Shown here in pieces: positions 19,632 to 28,341 of a DNA stretch of 42,982 nt. Position 1 is the first letter of the stretch. The number at the start of each line of letters is the position of its first letter. The notes under the pieces were generated by a model. The model searched no databases. It had not been told where the DNA came from and was given only the letters and a program-made list of their open reading frames with translations. Location: positions 1 to 42,982 of IMG/VR virus record IMGVR_UViG_3300032253_000008. One strand, 5' to 3'. A program made the position numbers and the translations under genes. This DNA comes from a virus. Its lineage: Duplodnaviria; Caudoviricetes.

Positions 19632-20023
19632 TCGGTGTCCTCGCGGGCTTTCGCCTTGAAGTTGCTCAGGCTCTGCGCCTCGGAGACGATCTTCGCGCGA
19701 ATCCATTCCAGCTCCTTGAGCAGGCGGTACGCATTTTCGGGCGAGAATTCGAGCAGGTCGTCACCGTCGTAGATGCCTTTCCAGTCGAGGACGATGAACT
19801 GAGACATGCTGCGACACATGATCTCGATCTGTTCCTCGTCGTCAGGCTTCTTGCCCAGATCGTTGTAAGGCTTGGTCGCCTTGCGGAACGCTTCGGTGAA
19901 GGACGGGTTGTCGAACGATGCGATCTTGATCGACGCACCGCCACCGAACTCGATCCAAACGCCAGTCGCTTTCGCGTCCTTGTCGAGGCGGAAGTCGTTA
20001 ATGTCGAATTTGAGGTCTGTCAT
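19622..20023 (-). CDS. Tail assembly chaperone (gpG-like)
   Basis: Between tail tube and TMP; GVWIEF, VLDWKGI motifs; ends GAG GGA AAC TGA. Confidence 0.88.
   Translation of the reverse strand: MTDLKFDINDFRLDKDAKATGVWIEFGGGASIKIASFDNPSFTEAFRKATKPYNDLGKKPDDEEQIEIMCRSMSQFIVLDWKGIYDGDDLLEFSPENAYRLLKELEWIRAKIVSEAQSLSNFKAKAREDTEGN
19625..19631 (-). other. Programmed -1 ribosomal frameshift site GGGAAAC
   Basis: In-frame X XXY YYZ heptamer directly before the stop, analogous to lambda G/GT GGGAAAG. Confidence 0.85.
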
Positions 20024-20064
20024 TGAAGGAAGTTCCTTTCATCGGGTCAATTGACGATCCCGAA

Positions 20065-20079
20065 GATAAGCGAGTTCTT
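20065..20079. promoter_or_regulatory. Degenerate operator-like site upstream of tail chaperone
   Basis: Minus strand AAGAACTCGCTTATC shares AACTCGCTTAT with the promoter core. Confidence 0.5.
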
Positions 20080-20105
20080 GGCAATTCGCAATCGCTGAAT
20101 AAGGT

Positions 20106-20136
20106 GCGGGAGGGGTGACCCGACCACCCCTCCCGC
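20106..20136 (-). terminator. Hairpin/terminator after tail tube gene
   Basis: GCGGGAGGGGTG-acccgac-CACCCCTCCCGC, 12-bp stem; weak U-tract. Confidence 0.65.
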
Positions 20137-20157
20137 GTTGCACACTGTCCCTCAGGA

Positions 20158-21354
20158 TTAAGTGCGGCTGATTTGATACTGGTAGGTACCAGCAGTGTTG
20201 ATGATCGCCTCGAACTGAGCGGACGCGAAGATGTCCTGATCGAGACCACCTGCAACGATTTCCATCTGGGTGTACTTGGACCGTGGGATCGTCACAACGT
20301 AGGCGTTGCCGGACGCGTCCTGCGCGAGGAACGAGAACCCGAAAGCAGTCGCAGCGCGGAACTTGTCAAACAGCGTGCTGTTCTCGAAATACAGTTCGAC
20401 CGAACCCGTCAGGGACAGGCGACCTGCTTCGACACCGATCAGACCCAGCGTACCGACAGCTTCCTGTCCGCGCAGCTGGTTGTCGAGCGAGATGGACATC
20501 GAGTTGAAGTAGAACGTCGAACCACCTGGGTCACCGTCGAACACAATCGCGGCAACGTTGTCGACCGCGTTCAGCACCGTGTTGGTGTTGGCTGCGTTAA
20601 CAGTCGCGCCCGAGAATTGAGTCTCGGTCATCTGAGCGTCTTTCGCAAGCACGCCGAAGGACGTGGTCATGATCGAACCAGTTGCGAGCTCCAGGCTCCA
20701 TGTCGAGATGCGAGAACCAGTGAAATTCCAGTGCTCAGCCGTCGCGAGGTCGGTGAACGACTTCTGGATGGTGTAGGAATTCTTGGTCGTACCATTGCGG
20801 ATGAAGTCGAGGGGCGTGATCGTGACGGAATCTCCTGCGGTCTCCGATGCGACGTCGGTAAGAGGCTGAATGCCCAGCGTGCCTGCTGCAATCGAAGTGA
20901 TCTCAGCGAAGAACGTGCCCGCGGTCGCGAAGCCGGTGACCTGCACGAATTGACCCACAACCCAGGAGTTGCCGTCGAGGCTTGTGCCCGAGTCGGTCAG
21001 TGTCCAGGTGTTGGGCGAGCCGCCCGTCTTGACGATAGCAATGGTTGTGTCGGGGCCTTGTGCGGAACCCGTCTCGACCCAGGTCGAGTACATTGCGCCC
21101 TCAATCAGGTCGTCGTAGGACGCGTAGGACCATTCACCACTGATGTCTCCGCCGCCTTGGCTCGACACCTGGATGGTATCGGGAGTCATGCGGTCCGAAC
21201 GAATTTCTTCCGACGTCACGAAGTCAGAGTTGTAGTTCAGCGATTCCGACGTGAAACGAATTGCCTCAAGCGTCGGTGTTGCCGGTGTCGTGCCCCAAGT
21301 CGATTCCGCGACCTGACGGAGCGCTACCCGGTTAGATGTGCCAAAATCAGGCAT
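20158..21354 (-). CDS. Major tail tube protein
   Basis: ESTWGTTP, RFTSESL, SEEIRSDR, LTGSVELYFEN motifs; precedes chaperones. Confidence 0.9.
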   Translation of the reverse strand: MPDFGTSNRVALRQVAESTWGTTPATPTLEAIRFTSESLNYNSDFVTSEEIRSDRMTPDTIQVSSQGGGDISGEWSYASYDDLIEGAMYSTWVETGSAQGPDTTIAIVKTGGSPNTWTLTDSGTSLDGNSWVVGQFVQVTGFATAGTFFAEITSIAAGTLGIQPLTDVASETAGDSVTITPLDFIRNGTTKNSYTIQKSFTDLATAEHWNFTGSRISTWSLELATGSIMTTSFGVLAKDAQMTETQFSGATVNAANTNTVLNAVDNVAAIVFDGDPGGSTFYFNSMSISLDNQLRGQEAVGTLGLIGVEAGRLSLTGSVELYFENSTLFDKFRAATAFGFSFLAQDASGNAYVVTIPRSKYTQMEIVAGGLDQDIFASAQFEAIINTAGTYQYQISRT

Positions 21355-21372
21355 TGGGATTCTCCTTTCCCG

Positions 21373-21786
21373 TTAGGAATAGTCGTCGAACTGGAAGGGC
21401 GCGACAACATTGATCTGATACCATTTCTTCTTGCCACTGCCGATCTGGCGAGCATACGGCGGTACCAAGAACCGCACGCCCGAAGTCGTGTCCCGCCAAG
21501 AGCGGAAGACTGCTTTTGCCTGATCGGCAAGCTCGATTGCCACCCCTTCGCCTTTGCCCGAGGGAGCAAAGATCTGCATGGTGACCTGGCCGAAATTGCG
21601 TTCGGCGTTGTTTCCTGGGTCGCCAAACGATGCCCATTCGGCAGCGGCGTCCTTAATGTTTAAACGCACCCACGACGCGTTCTCAGGAGGATCGAATTTG
21701 ACCTGAGGGAGTTGGTACTCCGTGGTCGATCCCCATTCACTTTCAAACCGTTCCCGGATCGCTTTATGCACTGCCGCGTAGCTCAT
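21373..21786 (-). CDS. Tail terminator protein
   Basis: WVRLNI, GQVTMQIFAPSGKG, WYQINVVAPF; position before tail tube. Confidence 0.8.
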   Translation of the reverse strand: MSYAAVHKAIRERFESEWGSTTEYQLPQVKFDPPENASWVRLNIKDAAAEWASFGDPGNNAERNFGQVTMQIFAPSGKGEGVAIELADQAKAVFRSWRDTTSGVRFLVPPYARQIGSGKKKWYQINVVAPFQFDDYS

Positions 21787-22199
21787 GAGCGCACGACCTT
21801 TCCACCATATTGTGCGGCGACCGCGTTCAGGTTGATGTCTACCATCCCTGCAGGCGCTTGCCCTGAATGCCCGTTCTCGAGGGGTAGGATATAAGGCAGG
21901 TTGTTTGTCATCCAGACAATGTCACCGAGGTCGGCTCCAATTGCGGTCGACGTCACCGCTGCGATTGCGGTTGCTCCCGACTTGTCGTGTGCCGCGTCGT
22001 CAACCTGCGACGACGGTGCGTTGAGCGACGGGTACCAGTTCCCGCGTGCGCGGCCTTCATCGACAGGAGTGCCGAGAACGACACGAGTGTCCAAGTCGAT
22101 TGTGATCTTCTGGAAGATCACGCGGGCCTCTTCACGAGTAACCTCACCGAAGCGCTTCAACGAGAGCGCGAATTGACGAGGCGACAGACCTCTAGGCAT
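21783..22199 (-). CDS. Neck protein (HK97 gp10-like)
   Basis: TPVDEGRARGNW, NNLPYILPLENGHSGQAPAGMV. Confidence 0.85.
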   Translation of the reverse strand: MPRGLSPRQFALSLKRFGEVTREEARVIFQKITIDLDTRVVLGTPVDEGRARGNWYPSLNAPSSQVDDAAHDKSGATAIAAVTSTAIGADLGDIVWMTNNLPYILPLENGHSGQAPAGMVDINLNAVAAQYGGKVVRS

Positions 22200-22569
22200 T
22201 CTGCACCGCCATTTTGTAGATCACAGCGACCCCCGAAGGGCCGACCGTGTTGATTGCAAGGATCTTGTAATTCTTAGATCCGAAAATGACAGTTTCGTCC
22301 ACGGCAGGAGTGACGCTTGCTGCGCTGAACTCCTTCGCTGAGACGAGGAGCATGGCGTTCGACAAGGCGGTAACTTCTTCGCTGAACTCGCGTTCCTTCA
22401 TTGGAAGGTCGAGCAAGACTATTGCGGTGTCTGTGGGAGCACCTTCAGTCGTCTTGCCCGTGGAATTGTCGTATACTTCTGATCCGTAGACCCGATAGGT
22501 ACCAGCCTGCCCGAACTGAGTGATCAGCTGGTCTGCGGTGTCGTCGCGGAGTCCTTCGTAGAAGCTCAT
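22192..22569 (-). CDS. Head closure / head-tail adaptor
   Basis: 125 aa; LITQFGQ, YDNSTG, INTVGPSGVAVIY; head-tail gene order. Confidence 0.72.
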   Translation of the reverse strand: MSFYEGLRDDTADQLITQFGQAGTYRVYGSEVYDNSTGKTTEGAPTDTAIVLLDLPMKEREFSEEVTALSNAMLLVSAKEFSAASVTPAVDETVIFGSKNYKILAINTVGPSGVAVIYKMAVQNA

Positions 22570-23060
22570 GCTCGCTTAAGACCTCCATTAGTGTTTGTCG
22601 TCAACGGGCGTAGGAGCTCGAGGACGTGCGACGGGACGTCAGCGCCGTTGAGGCGCTTGCTGGTGTCGTATTGGACGGTGATCACGTCAACCTTCTGCAT
22701 CGAGATGGCTGCGGCGTCGTCGGTGACAAGGCCCTCAAGGTCAGCTGTACCGACTCGATACAGTTCCGCAATCTCTGCGGTAGCCTCTTCGATCTGCCAC
22801 GGGATTTCCGTCGAGGACAATGTGAAGCCCTGCGCCGTTGCGTCCTCGCGCGGCCATTTGAGGCGCTGCTCGGCTGTTGCCTTGTCTCCGATGTACTCGA
22901 AGTTGCGGTCGACCCAATTGGTCGCCTTGCGGATCAGGATCTCTGCTTCCGAGTCGCTCAGTGCGATCCAAGCCGTAGAGGAGGTGGTGTCGTGATCGGC
23001 CCAGTAGGCGCGCACGTTCGCGAGAGTCTCATAGGCGTCTGTTCCGATAGTCAAAGCCAT
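22566..23060 (-). CDS. Head-tail connector (DnaT-like family)
   Basis: DAYETLA, QRLKWPR, IPWQIEEATAE, KVDVITVQY motifs. Confidence 0.78.
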   Translation of the reverse strand: MALTIGTDAYETLANVRAYWADHDTTSSTAWIALSDSEAEILIRKATNWVDRNFEYIGDKATAEQRLKWPREDATAQGFTLSSTEIPWQIEEATAEIAELYRVGTADLEGLVTDDAAAISMQKVDVITVQYDTSKRLNGADVPSHVLELLRPLTTNTNGGLKRA

Positions 23061-23131
23061 TGCACGGGTCCTTTCATCACGGCGATCCTACGGCAGTAGG
23101 TGTTGGCACGCAACGAATAAAGGAGCCGTGC

Positions 23132-23146
23132 TATAAGCGACTTATT
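23132..23146. promoter_or_regulatory. Operator-like palindrome upstream of neck/tail operon
   Basis: TATAA GCGAC TTATT; minus strand AATAAGTCGCTTATA has the same core as the 6995 site. Confidence 0.7.
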
Positions 23147-23160
23147 CGAGAAATGAGGTG

Positions 23161-24819
23161 TTACACAGTTCCGCGCCACTTTCCGTTGTAGAAGGTGACG
23201 ATTGTCCGCTTCCCATTCGGATATGTGACGATCTGCGAGTGTGACCACGATGATGGACCGACGTTCCAGTCCTGTTCGAGCAGTGACATTGTCCCCGCGA
23301 CGTAAAGACCGTCTAGGATGCACGCTGAGTGAGTGTGCCCGGTGTTCGCACGGCGACCCATCTTCGACAAGCCAATGGGAGAGCCGCGCGAGCCGTTGGG
23401 ACCAATGTCACCGTGCAGTGAGCATTCGATCCCGCCGCCTTCATCTGGGCAGATGACGAACTGGTCGTCTGCGTGCAAGAAGACGTCGCCTTCGTCGATG
23501 CCCATGCGTTTCAGCGCCTCGTGGAGGTGCAGCCATTTACGGTGAGGATCTTTGACGATTGCGCGACGGTACTCGAGTTCACACTCGAGCATAAAGATCG
23601 CGTTGGTGTCGTCGTGGCGGTGGTCGTTTTCATTCAACCAGCGTTCGAGGTGCCGGTCATGGTTCGCGTCTGCAACGACGGTCATGCAGAAATCGCGACG
23701 CATACGGTCGAGCTGTTCCTTGACGCCGCGCACTTCGTTTTCGACATTCGTCTGACCCAGGACCTTCTTTCGGAAACGGGTGTGGCTGTTCTTTCGATCA
23801 TGGTGGCCTTTGTTGACCACGAAGTCAATCACATCATGCGCAATCTGGTGACGCGGTCGCAATGCGTCGAGCATCCCGCCTTCGTCGAATGCCGTGCGGT
23901 CACATTCAGGATCCAAGACAGCGGTGTGTAGGTCGCCCCAATTGATCGCCTCGACGTCGCCGCGCAGGATTTGCCCGTGCTCGACGATGATCGACCCAGG
24001 TTTATTGCCCACCTGCGGAATGTCGTAGAACGTCCCGTCGCTGTCCGCGTTCAATTGACGAACGAACCAGTCGCCAAGATGATCGACCTCGACAATAAGC
24101 GCACCATAGGCGTGGTGGAATTCGGCCTCAAGGCCTGCTTTCTTCTTGACGTAGTTCAGCATGGTTGCTGCGCCCGTCGTGTAATTCATTTTCGCCCCGT
24201 CTGCTTTTGTCCCCGCGACTGACGTCAATTGGATCTTCGCGTGCGGGAAGATGCCTGACTTGCGTTGCGTGTAAGTCTCCAAACCTGTCAGTGGGCGCTT
24301 TGCGGTAGGTTGGATGTTCAGCTCGCCGCGCCATTCGAGCATGGGAGCCAGCTCGAGAGGCTCGTCTGAGAAGAACGGCGTAAAGATCGGATCGTACCAG
24401 TCTTCTGCGCGGTCGTCAGCCGTTGGGCCTTTGTCGCGTTTCGTCGATTTCTGGGAATAGGACGCTCGGTTGTAGGAGAACGTTCCGACCATCAATTGCG
24501 CGTCGAGGAACTCAGCGTAGGAAACCAGGTTGATGAAGAATTCGGTGTGGGCGTCGGTGTTGTTTTGAGCAGCGGTGATAATGTATCGCTTGAGTTCGCC
24601 TTTCTTCGGGAGAGGCATCTTCTTGACCAAGGTTCGCGAGATCGTGCCTGCCGACGTCGGCTTGTCGTAAACGAGCCCGAGTTCAGTCTGGGCCTTGTCG
24701 AGGCGATACTTGACCGCGCCTCGTGAGATCTTGAGACGTCGTGCTGTCTCGCGCATGTTGCCACGCGCGTTCACATAGGCGTCGTAGGTTTCCTGAGGGG
24801 TTACTGAGATCGCAGACAT
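23161..24819 (-). CDS. T5 A1-like protein: N-terminal HTH plus calcineurin-like metallophosphoesterase
   Basis: Start 24819 (AAGGA SD), 552 aa; GNMRETARRLKISRGAVKYRL HTH; GDLH, HDVID, ANHD, LHGD, GHTH metal motifs. The A1 family call is from recall. Confidence 0.7.
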   Translation of the reverse strand: MSAISVTPQETYDAYVNARGNMRETARRLKISRGAVKYRLDKAQTELGLVYDKPTSAGTISRTLVKKMPLPKKGELKRYIITAAQNNTDAHTEFFINLVSYAEFLDAQLMVGTFSYNRASYSQKSTKRDKGPTADDRAEDWYDPIFTPFFSDEPLELAPMLEWRGELNIQPTAKRPLTGLETYTQRKSGIFPHAKIQLTSVAGTKADGAKMNYTTGAATMLNYVKKKAGLEAEFHHAYGALIVEVDHLGDWFVRQLNADSDGTFYDIPQVGNKPGSIIVEHGQILRGDVEAINWGDLHTAVLDPECDRTAFDEGGMLDALRPRHQIAHDVIDFVVNKGHHDRKNSHTRFRKKVLGQTNVENEVRGVKEQLDRMRRDFCMTVVADANHDRHLERWLNENDHRHDDTNAIFMLECELEYRRAIVKDPHRKWLHLHEALKRMGIDEGDVFLHADDQFVICPDEGGGIECSLHGDIGPNGSRGSPIGLSKMGRRANTGHTHSACILDGLYVAGTMSLLEQDWNVGPSSWSHSQIVTYPNGKRTIVTFYNGKWRGTV

Positions 24820-24884
24820 GTCGTTCCTTTCTACGCAGTTCGCTCGCATCGAAGACGATCATGCAAGCGTTATCCAAGCGGTGT

Positions 24885-25148
24885 TTAAGGTGCTTGCACC
24901 AGTGTTTTGAACCCCACCCATAGTGCTGCTGCGATGCCCGCGGTCAGCAGGCCAATGATACCCAAGAATCCTTTCGTCCGCGCAGCCGCAACAGCGAGTC
25001 GCCAGTCTCGAAGGTGTTGGAAATCACGTTGCATCTCGATGGGGTCGCCTACGTCGATGCCCATCTTGGTCAAGGCGTTATCGACGGCTTCTTCCATGAG
25101 TCCCTTCAATTCGCCGCGAGTGAGTTGGATCTGTGTGTTGTCGTCCAT
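24885..25148 (-). CDS. Small membrane protein, candidate holin
   Basis: 87 aa, single C-terminal TM helix; GGAGG SD. Confidence 0.5.
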   Translation of the reverse strand: MDDNTQIQLTRGELKGLMEEAVDNALTKMGIDVGDPIEMQRDFQHLRDWRLAVAAARTKGFLGIIGLLTAGIAAALWVGFKTLVQAP

Positions 25149-25187
25149 TGTCCGCCTCCAGCGAGTTCAGGGGTTTTGATATAGAAC

Positions 25188-25211
25188 GAGGCGCACCGTG
25201 TGACGCGCCTC
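25188..25211 (-). terminator. Hairpin after post-capsid gene
   Basis: GAGGCGC...GCGCCTC stem, followed on minus strand by GTTCTATAT. Confidence 0.45.
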
Positions 25212-25239
25212 ACATGTTTAAACACGCAGTGGGCGCATA

Positions 25240-25497
25240 TTACTTGGCGGGAGCTTTCTTGACAGCGCCCGCGTCGGCCCCACCAGTTTTCTTGGTGTCG
25301 TCGACTTTCTTCGCGGCGTCTGCGGTCTTGGCTTCTTCTTCGGCAACCACAGCTTCAACCTCGAGCTTCTTCGCGGCGTCTGCGTCGAACAGTTTCAGCT
25401 TGCCTTTGGAGCGAGCGATCTGCCCAGCGTCAGCATAGCCGAAGAAATTGGCGCTGTCACCCTTGGAGACTGCGAACGTTTCGGTACTTTTGGCCAT
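25240..25497 (-). CDS. Small Ala/Lys-rich hypothetical virion protein
   Basis: Start 25497 (GAGG SD); follows major capsid gene. Confidence 0.7.
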   Translation of the reverse strand: MAKSTETFAVSKGDSANFFGYADAGQIARSKGKLKLFDADAAKKLEVEAVVAEEEAKTADAAKKVDDTKKTGGADAGAVKKAPAK

Positions 25498-25536
25498 CGG
25501 GATGGTCCTCTCAATTTTCGGGGTTGGTGTGTTGAC

Positions 25537-25558
25537 GACGGGCGCCGAAGCGCCCGTC
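25537..25558 (-). terminator. C(UUCG)G tetraloop hairpin after capsid stop
   Basis: Minus strand GACGGGCGC-TTCG-GCGCCCGTC, 9-bp stem; no U-tract, so possibly an mRNA stabiliser. Confidence 0.6.
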
Positions 25559-25566
25559 TCAATCAC

Positions 25567-26796
25567 TTAGGCCGGGTAGACCGTCGAAGCACGTTTGACC
25601 TGGACGCCGAGCATCGGGTCGAGGACCTGAGTGCCGTAGAGTGCGTCCAGCGCAACGTAGTTGGTACCCGTTGCACCTTCGTACCACATACGAGCGCGAA
25701 CGGACAGGCCGCTCACTTCGTCAGTGACAGTCGCCATCTCTGCGCCGCGACCGTCGCCGGTCATAGGCAGGGGCGCGAAGGCCAGCGCGAATGCGTTCTT
25801 GTGGAACATGAGGTTGCGAACGTTTGCCGCTTCTTCGATTGCGTCCAGGAAGTTGAACGTCACGACAGCGTTGTCCGCAGTGTTGCGGCGCAGTGCTGGG
25901 TAGAACGTCAGGTTTCCTGCACCAATCGAGAACGTGGTAGCAGCAGTCAGCGTGTAGACGGTAACGTCGCCCGCGATGGTGAACGTGTCACCAATCGAGA
26001 CAGTCTCCGAACCCGTGAACCCGTCAACGGCGATTGTCGAAACGTTCGCCTCGTAGTTCGACGCGTTGTTGACAGCGCCTACTGCATCGCCCGATTCCGC
26101 GGATGCGGTTGCGGTCGAGGACAGCGCAGCAATATCAACGTCAGCGTTCTGGGACGCGAAGACTTCGACACCGAAACGGTTGCCCAAGGTACCATTCATC
26201 AGTGCGGCGTTGTTCGCGCCTTCACCGGTGATGCGTGCCTCGTGGAAGATGCCAAGATCGAGGAACGCTGCTTCCATGCCGGAATCGACAAGGTAGTGGA
26301 TCATCCCACCGTCCATTGGGACTTCGTTGTTGCGGAGAACCTTACGCGGGCCTGTGATGAAGGCAGAGGATGCCGAGCCCGAGACGAATGCCTTCGGTCC
26401 GACTTTCGCGCCCAACAGGTGCAGGTCCTGGTCGATCTTGTCAGCCAGCGCGTAAGCAGCAGGCGTGATGTGGTCGGTGATGATCTGCTCCGAGGAGTAG
26501 GCCAGTTCCCGGTCAGTCAGCGCGTACTTGACTTCCTGGTGGTTGTTCAGCGTGATGGCGATGTTCTCGCCCACGACGTCCTGAGTCGCCGAACCGGTAC
26601 CCGCGACGTGTTCTGCAGCGGTGAATTTGGTTGGACGTTTCAGGTTGATGGTGTCGCCTTTGGAATTGCCGGCACCATTGCGTTCCCGCTCTGCACCGCG
26701 GTGAACGCGACCAGCCATGCCCAGTGCTTTGAACAGCTGGATGAGGGCCTCTTGAGCGTAGAACTCGGGATTATAGTTACCCAGAGTGTTAGACAT
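25567..26796 (-). CDS. Major capsid protein (P22 coat-like)
   Basis: KGDTINLKRP, ITPAAYALADKIDQD, NLMFHKNAFALAFAPL, LDALYGTQVLDP. Confidence 0.93.
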   Translation of the reverse strand: MSNTLGNYNPEFYAQEALIQLFKALGMAGRVHRGAERERNGAGNSKGDTINLKRPTKFTAAEHVAGTGSATQDVVGENIAITLNNHQEVKYALTDRELAYSSEQIITDHITPAAYALADKIDQDLHLLGAKVGPKAFVSGSASSAFITGPRKVLRNNEVPMDGGMIHYLVDSGMEAAFLDLGIFHEARITGEGANNAALMNGTLGNRFGVEVFASQNADVDIAALSSTATASAESGDAVGAVNNASNYEANVSTIAVDGFTGSETVSIGDTFTIAGDVTVYTLTAATTFSIGAGNLTFYPALRRNTADNAVVTFNFLDAIEEAANVRNLMFHKNAFALAFAPLPMTGDGRGAEMATVTDEVSGLSVRARMWYEGATGTNYVALDALYGTQVLDPMLGVQVKRASTVYPA

Positions 26797-26872
26797 CGGA
26801 TGATCCTTTCTCGATCATGTGCGCCGAAGCGCGGTTCTATGTACCGCGCATCAGCGCGGCGTTGAGGTCGTG

Positions 26873-27643
26873 TCAGGCCGTGATTTGCAGAGGCACGCCG
26901 GCTTCAGCGGCAGCTGCTTTCGCGGTCTGGTACTTCTGGACGTCGCGAGCATCAGCACGAGAAATCGTGTGAGCACCTCCGCCCTTGCCGTTGCCACCAC
27001 CTGCGCCGCCACCAGAAGGAGCTGGGAACCAGTGAGGTGCCTTTTCCTTCATATCGGACAGCCATTCAGCCGGTGTGATCGGCGTCTTACCGTCTTTGCC
27101 ATAGATTGTCCCTTGCGCGTTCTCGGCAACCAGGGAGTCATCTTCTCCGACACTGAAGACGTTCATCGCCCGCGAGAGCGCGTCTTCGACAGCGGATGGA
27201 ACAAGGCCGAGTTCGGACGCTGCTTGCCGCATTTGTCCCTCAACCATCAGCTTCTTGACTTTGCCGCCAGCCCCGTCTAGGTTCGCGTTGGCTTCCGTCA
27301 ATTGCCCTTCGAGGTTTGCGAGCTGGCGCGCGTGGTCGGCTTTCAGCCGTTCCGTGCGACGTTCGATCACCTCGTCCATCTTGCCTTCCGCGAGGAGTTT
27401 CGTCTCCTCGTCGCTTTCCAGACGAGTCATGATGTTCCGGACGGCTTCAGGATCAAGACCCTTCCACGTTTCGCCCATCTTATCAAGCTGCTCCTGGAGC
27501 TTTTTCTTCTCGCCCAGGATCTCGTCCTTGTTTGCAGACAGTCCGGAAGTCGCTTCCTTTACCGCTGCTGCAACCAGGTCCTTGACACCGTCCGCTTCCG
27601 CGGTGATCTCGACCTCGTTGCCGTCTTTGTCAAAAAATGGCAT
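26873..27643 (-). CDS. Capsid scaffolding protein
   Basis: Coiled coil, GLSANKDEILGEKK, APHWFPAPSGGGAGGG; directly upstream of capsid. Confidence 0.85.
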   Translation of the reverse strand: MPFFDKDGNEVEITAEADGVKDLVAAAVKEATSGLSANKDEILGEKKKLQEQLDKMGETWKGLDPEAVRNIMTRLESDEETKLLAEGKMDEVIERRTERLKADHARQLANLEGQLTEANANLDGAGGKVKKLMVEGQMRQAASELGLVPSAVEDALSRAMNVFSVGEDDSLVAENAQGTIYGKDGKTPITPAEWLSDMKEKAPHWFPAPSGGGAGGGNGKGGGAHTISRADARDVQKYQTAKAAAAEAGVPLQITA

Positions 27644-27738
27644 TGATAGTCCTTTCTGGGCTCAGCCCAAGCAAACCGCTCTTGAGGCCCCCTCAAGTTT
27701 GCCGGTCCTGTCTGAAGATAGAAGAAGGCAGCGACGGT

Positions 27739-27776
27739 CGCAAGCGACTTATGGGATAAGGTATAACTCGGTTATC
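27739..27776. promoter_or_regulatory. Two operator-like sites upstream of scaffold/capsid operon
   Basis: CGCAA GCGAC TTATG (27739-27753) and TATAA CTCGG TTATC (27762-27776). Confidence 0.6.
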
Positions 27777-27790
27777 TTAAAAATAAGGTG

Positions 27791-27819
27791 TTGACGTGAT
27801 GCTATAACTCGCTTATACG
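27791..27819 (+). promoter_or_regulatory. Cassette promoter P1 with embedded operator
   Basis: TTGACG-17 nt-TATACG containing TATAACTCGCTTATA. Confidence 0.88.
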
Positions 27820-27843
27820 CAGTAACATCAACAACGGAGAAAC

Positions 27844-28341
27844 ATGATGCAAACCCAGATCACCCGCGCGTTCGCACAACTCAACGCTCGCCTGATCGAA
27901 AGCGACCAAGCCTTCGCAATCGCAAAGATGGATGGTGCCCGCGCGTTCGTTGAACAGGCCCGGGTTGACTTCAAAGAAGGCAAAAACAGCTTCACTTCCG
28001 GCTACGGTCGTTTCGACTGCACGCTCGCACGGATCGCGCACTACGGCAGCAAGGCGCTGATGAACCTTCTCGAAGGTCGCGGTCGTCAAGGCGGTCTCGA
28101 CATGATGCGCAAGAACACGGAATCGCTGATCGCGAAACGAGACGCGCAGATCATCAAAGCGCTGACGAAGGCGGGCATCACCGAGATCCCGGAATTCGAA
28201 CTCGTTGAATGCAGTGACGGTATTGAGGGTGTCTTCAACGTCGCCGGTCACGTCGTAACGATCCGCACAATACTCGCAGGTGGCTACAACATCCAGCGCC
28301 TTCACAATCGCACGCTGGTGAAAGTGCGGAAGAGCTCCTAA
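27844..28341 (+). CDS. Hypothetical protein (plus-strand cassette 1)
   Basis: 165 aa, own promoter, AACGGAG SD; C-terminal TILAGGYNIQRLHNRTLVK. Confidence 0.85.
   Translation: MMQTQITRAFAQLNARLIESDQAFAIAKMDGARAFVEQARVDFKEGKNSFTSGYGRFDCTLARIAHYGSKALMNLLEGRGRQGGLDMMRKNTESLIAKRDAQIIKALTKAGITEIPEFELVECSDGIEGVFNVAGHVVTIRTILAGGYNIQRLHNRTLVKVRKSS

Noticed and set aside
20173-21663. Long plus-strand ORFs (496 aa here; also 2210-3166, 25801-26865, 17637-18368)
   Set aside because: Antisense shadows of well-supported minus-strand genes in GC-rich DNA; no SD or recognisable motifs.
27803-27817. Operator as host CtrA or LexA box
   Set aside because: CtrA (TTAA-N7-TTAA) and alphaproteobacterial LexA (GTTC-N7-GTTC) sites are direct repeats; this is an inverted repeat with N5 spacing.
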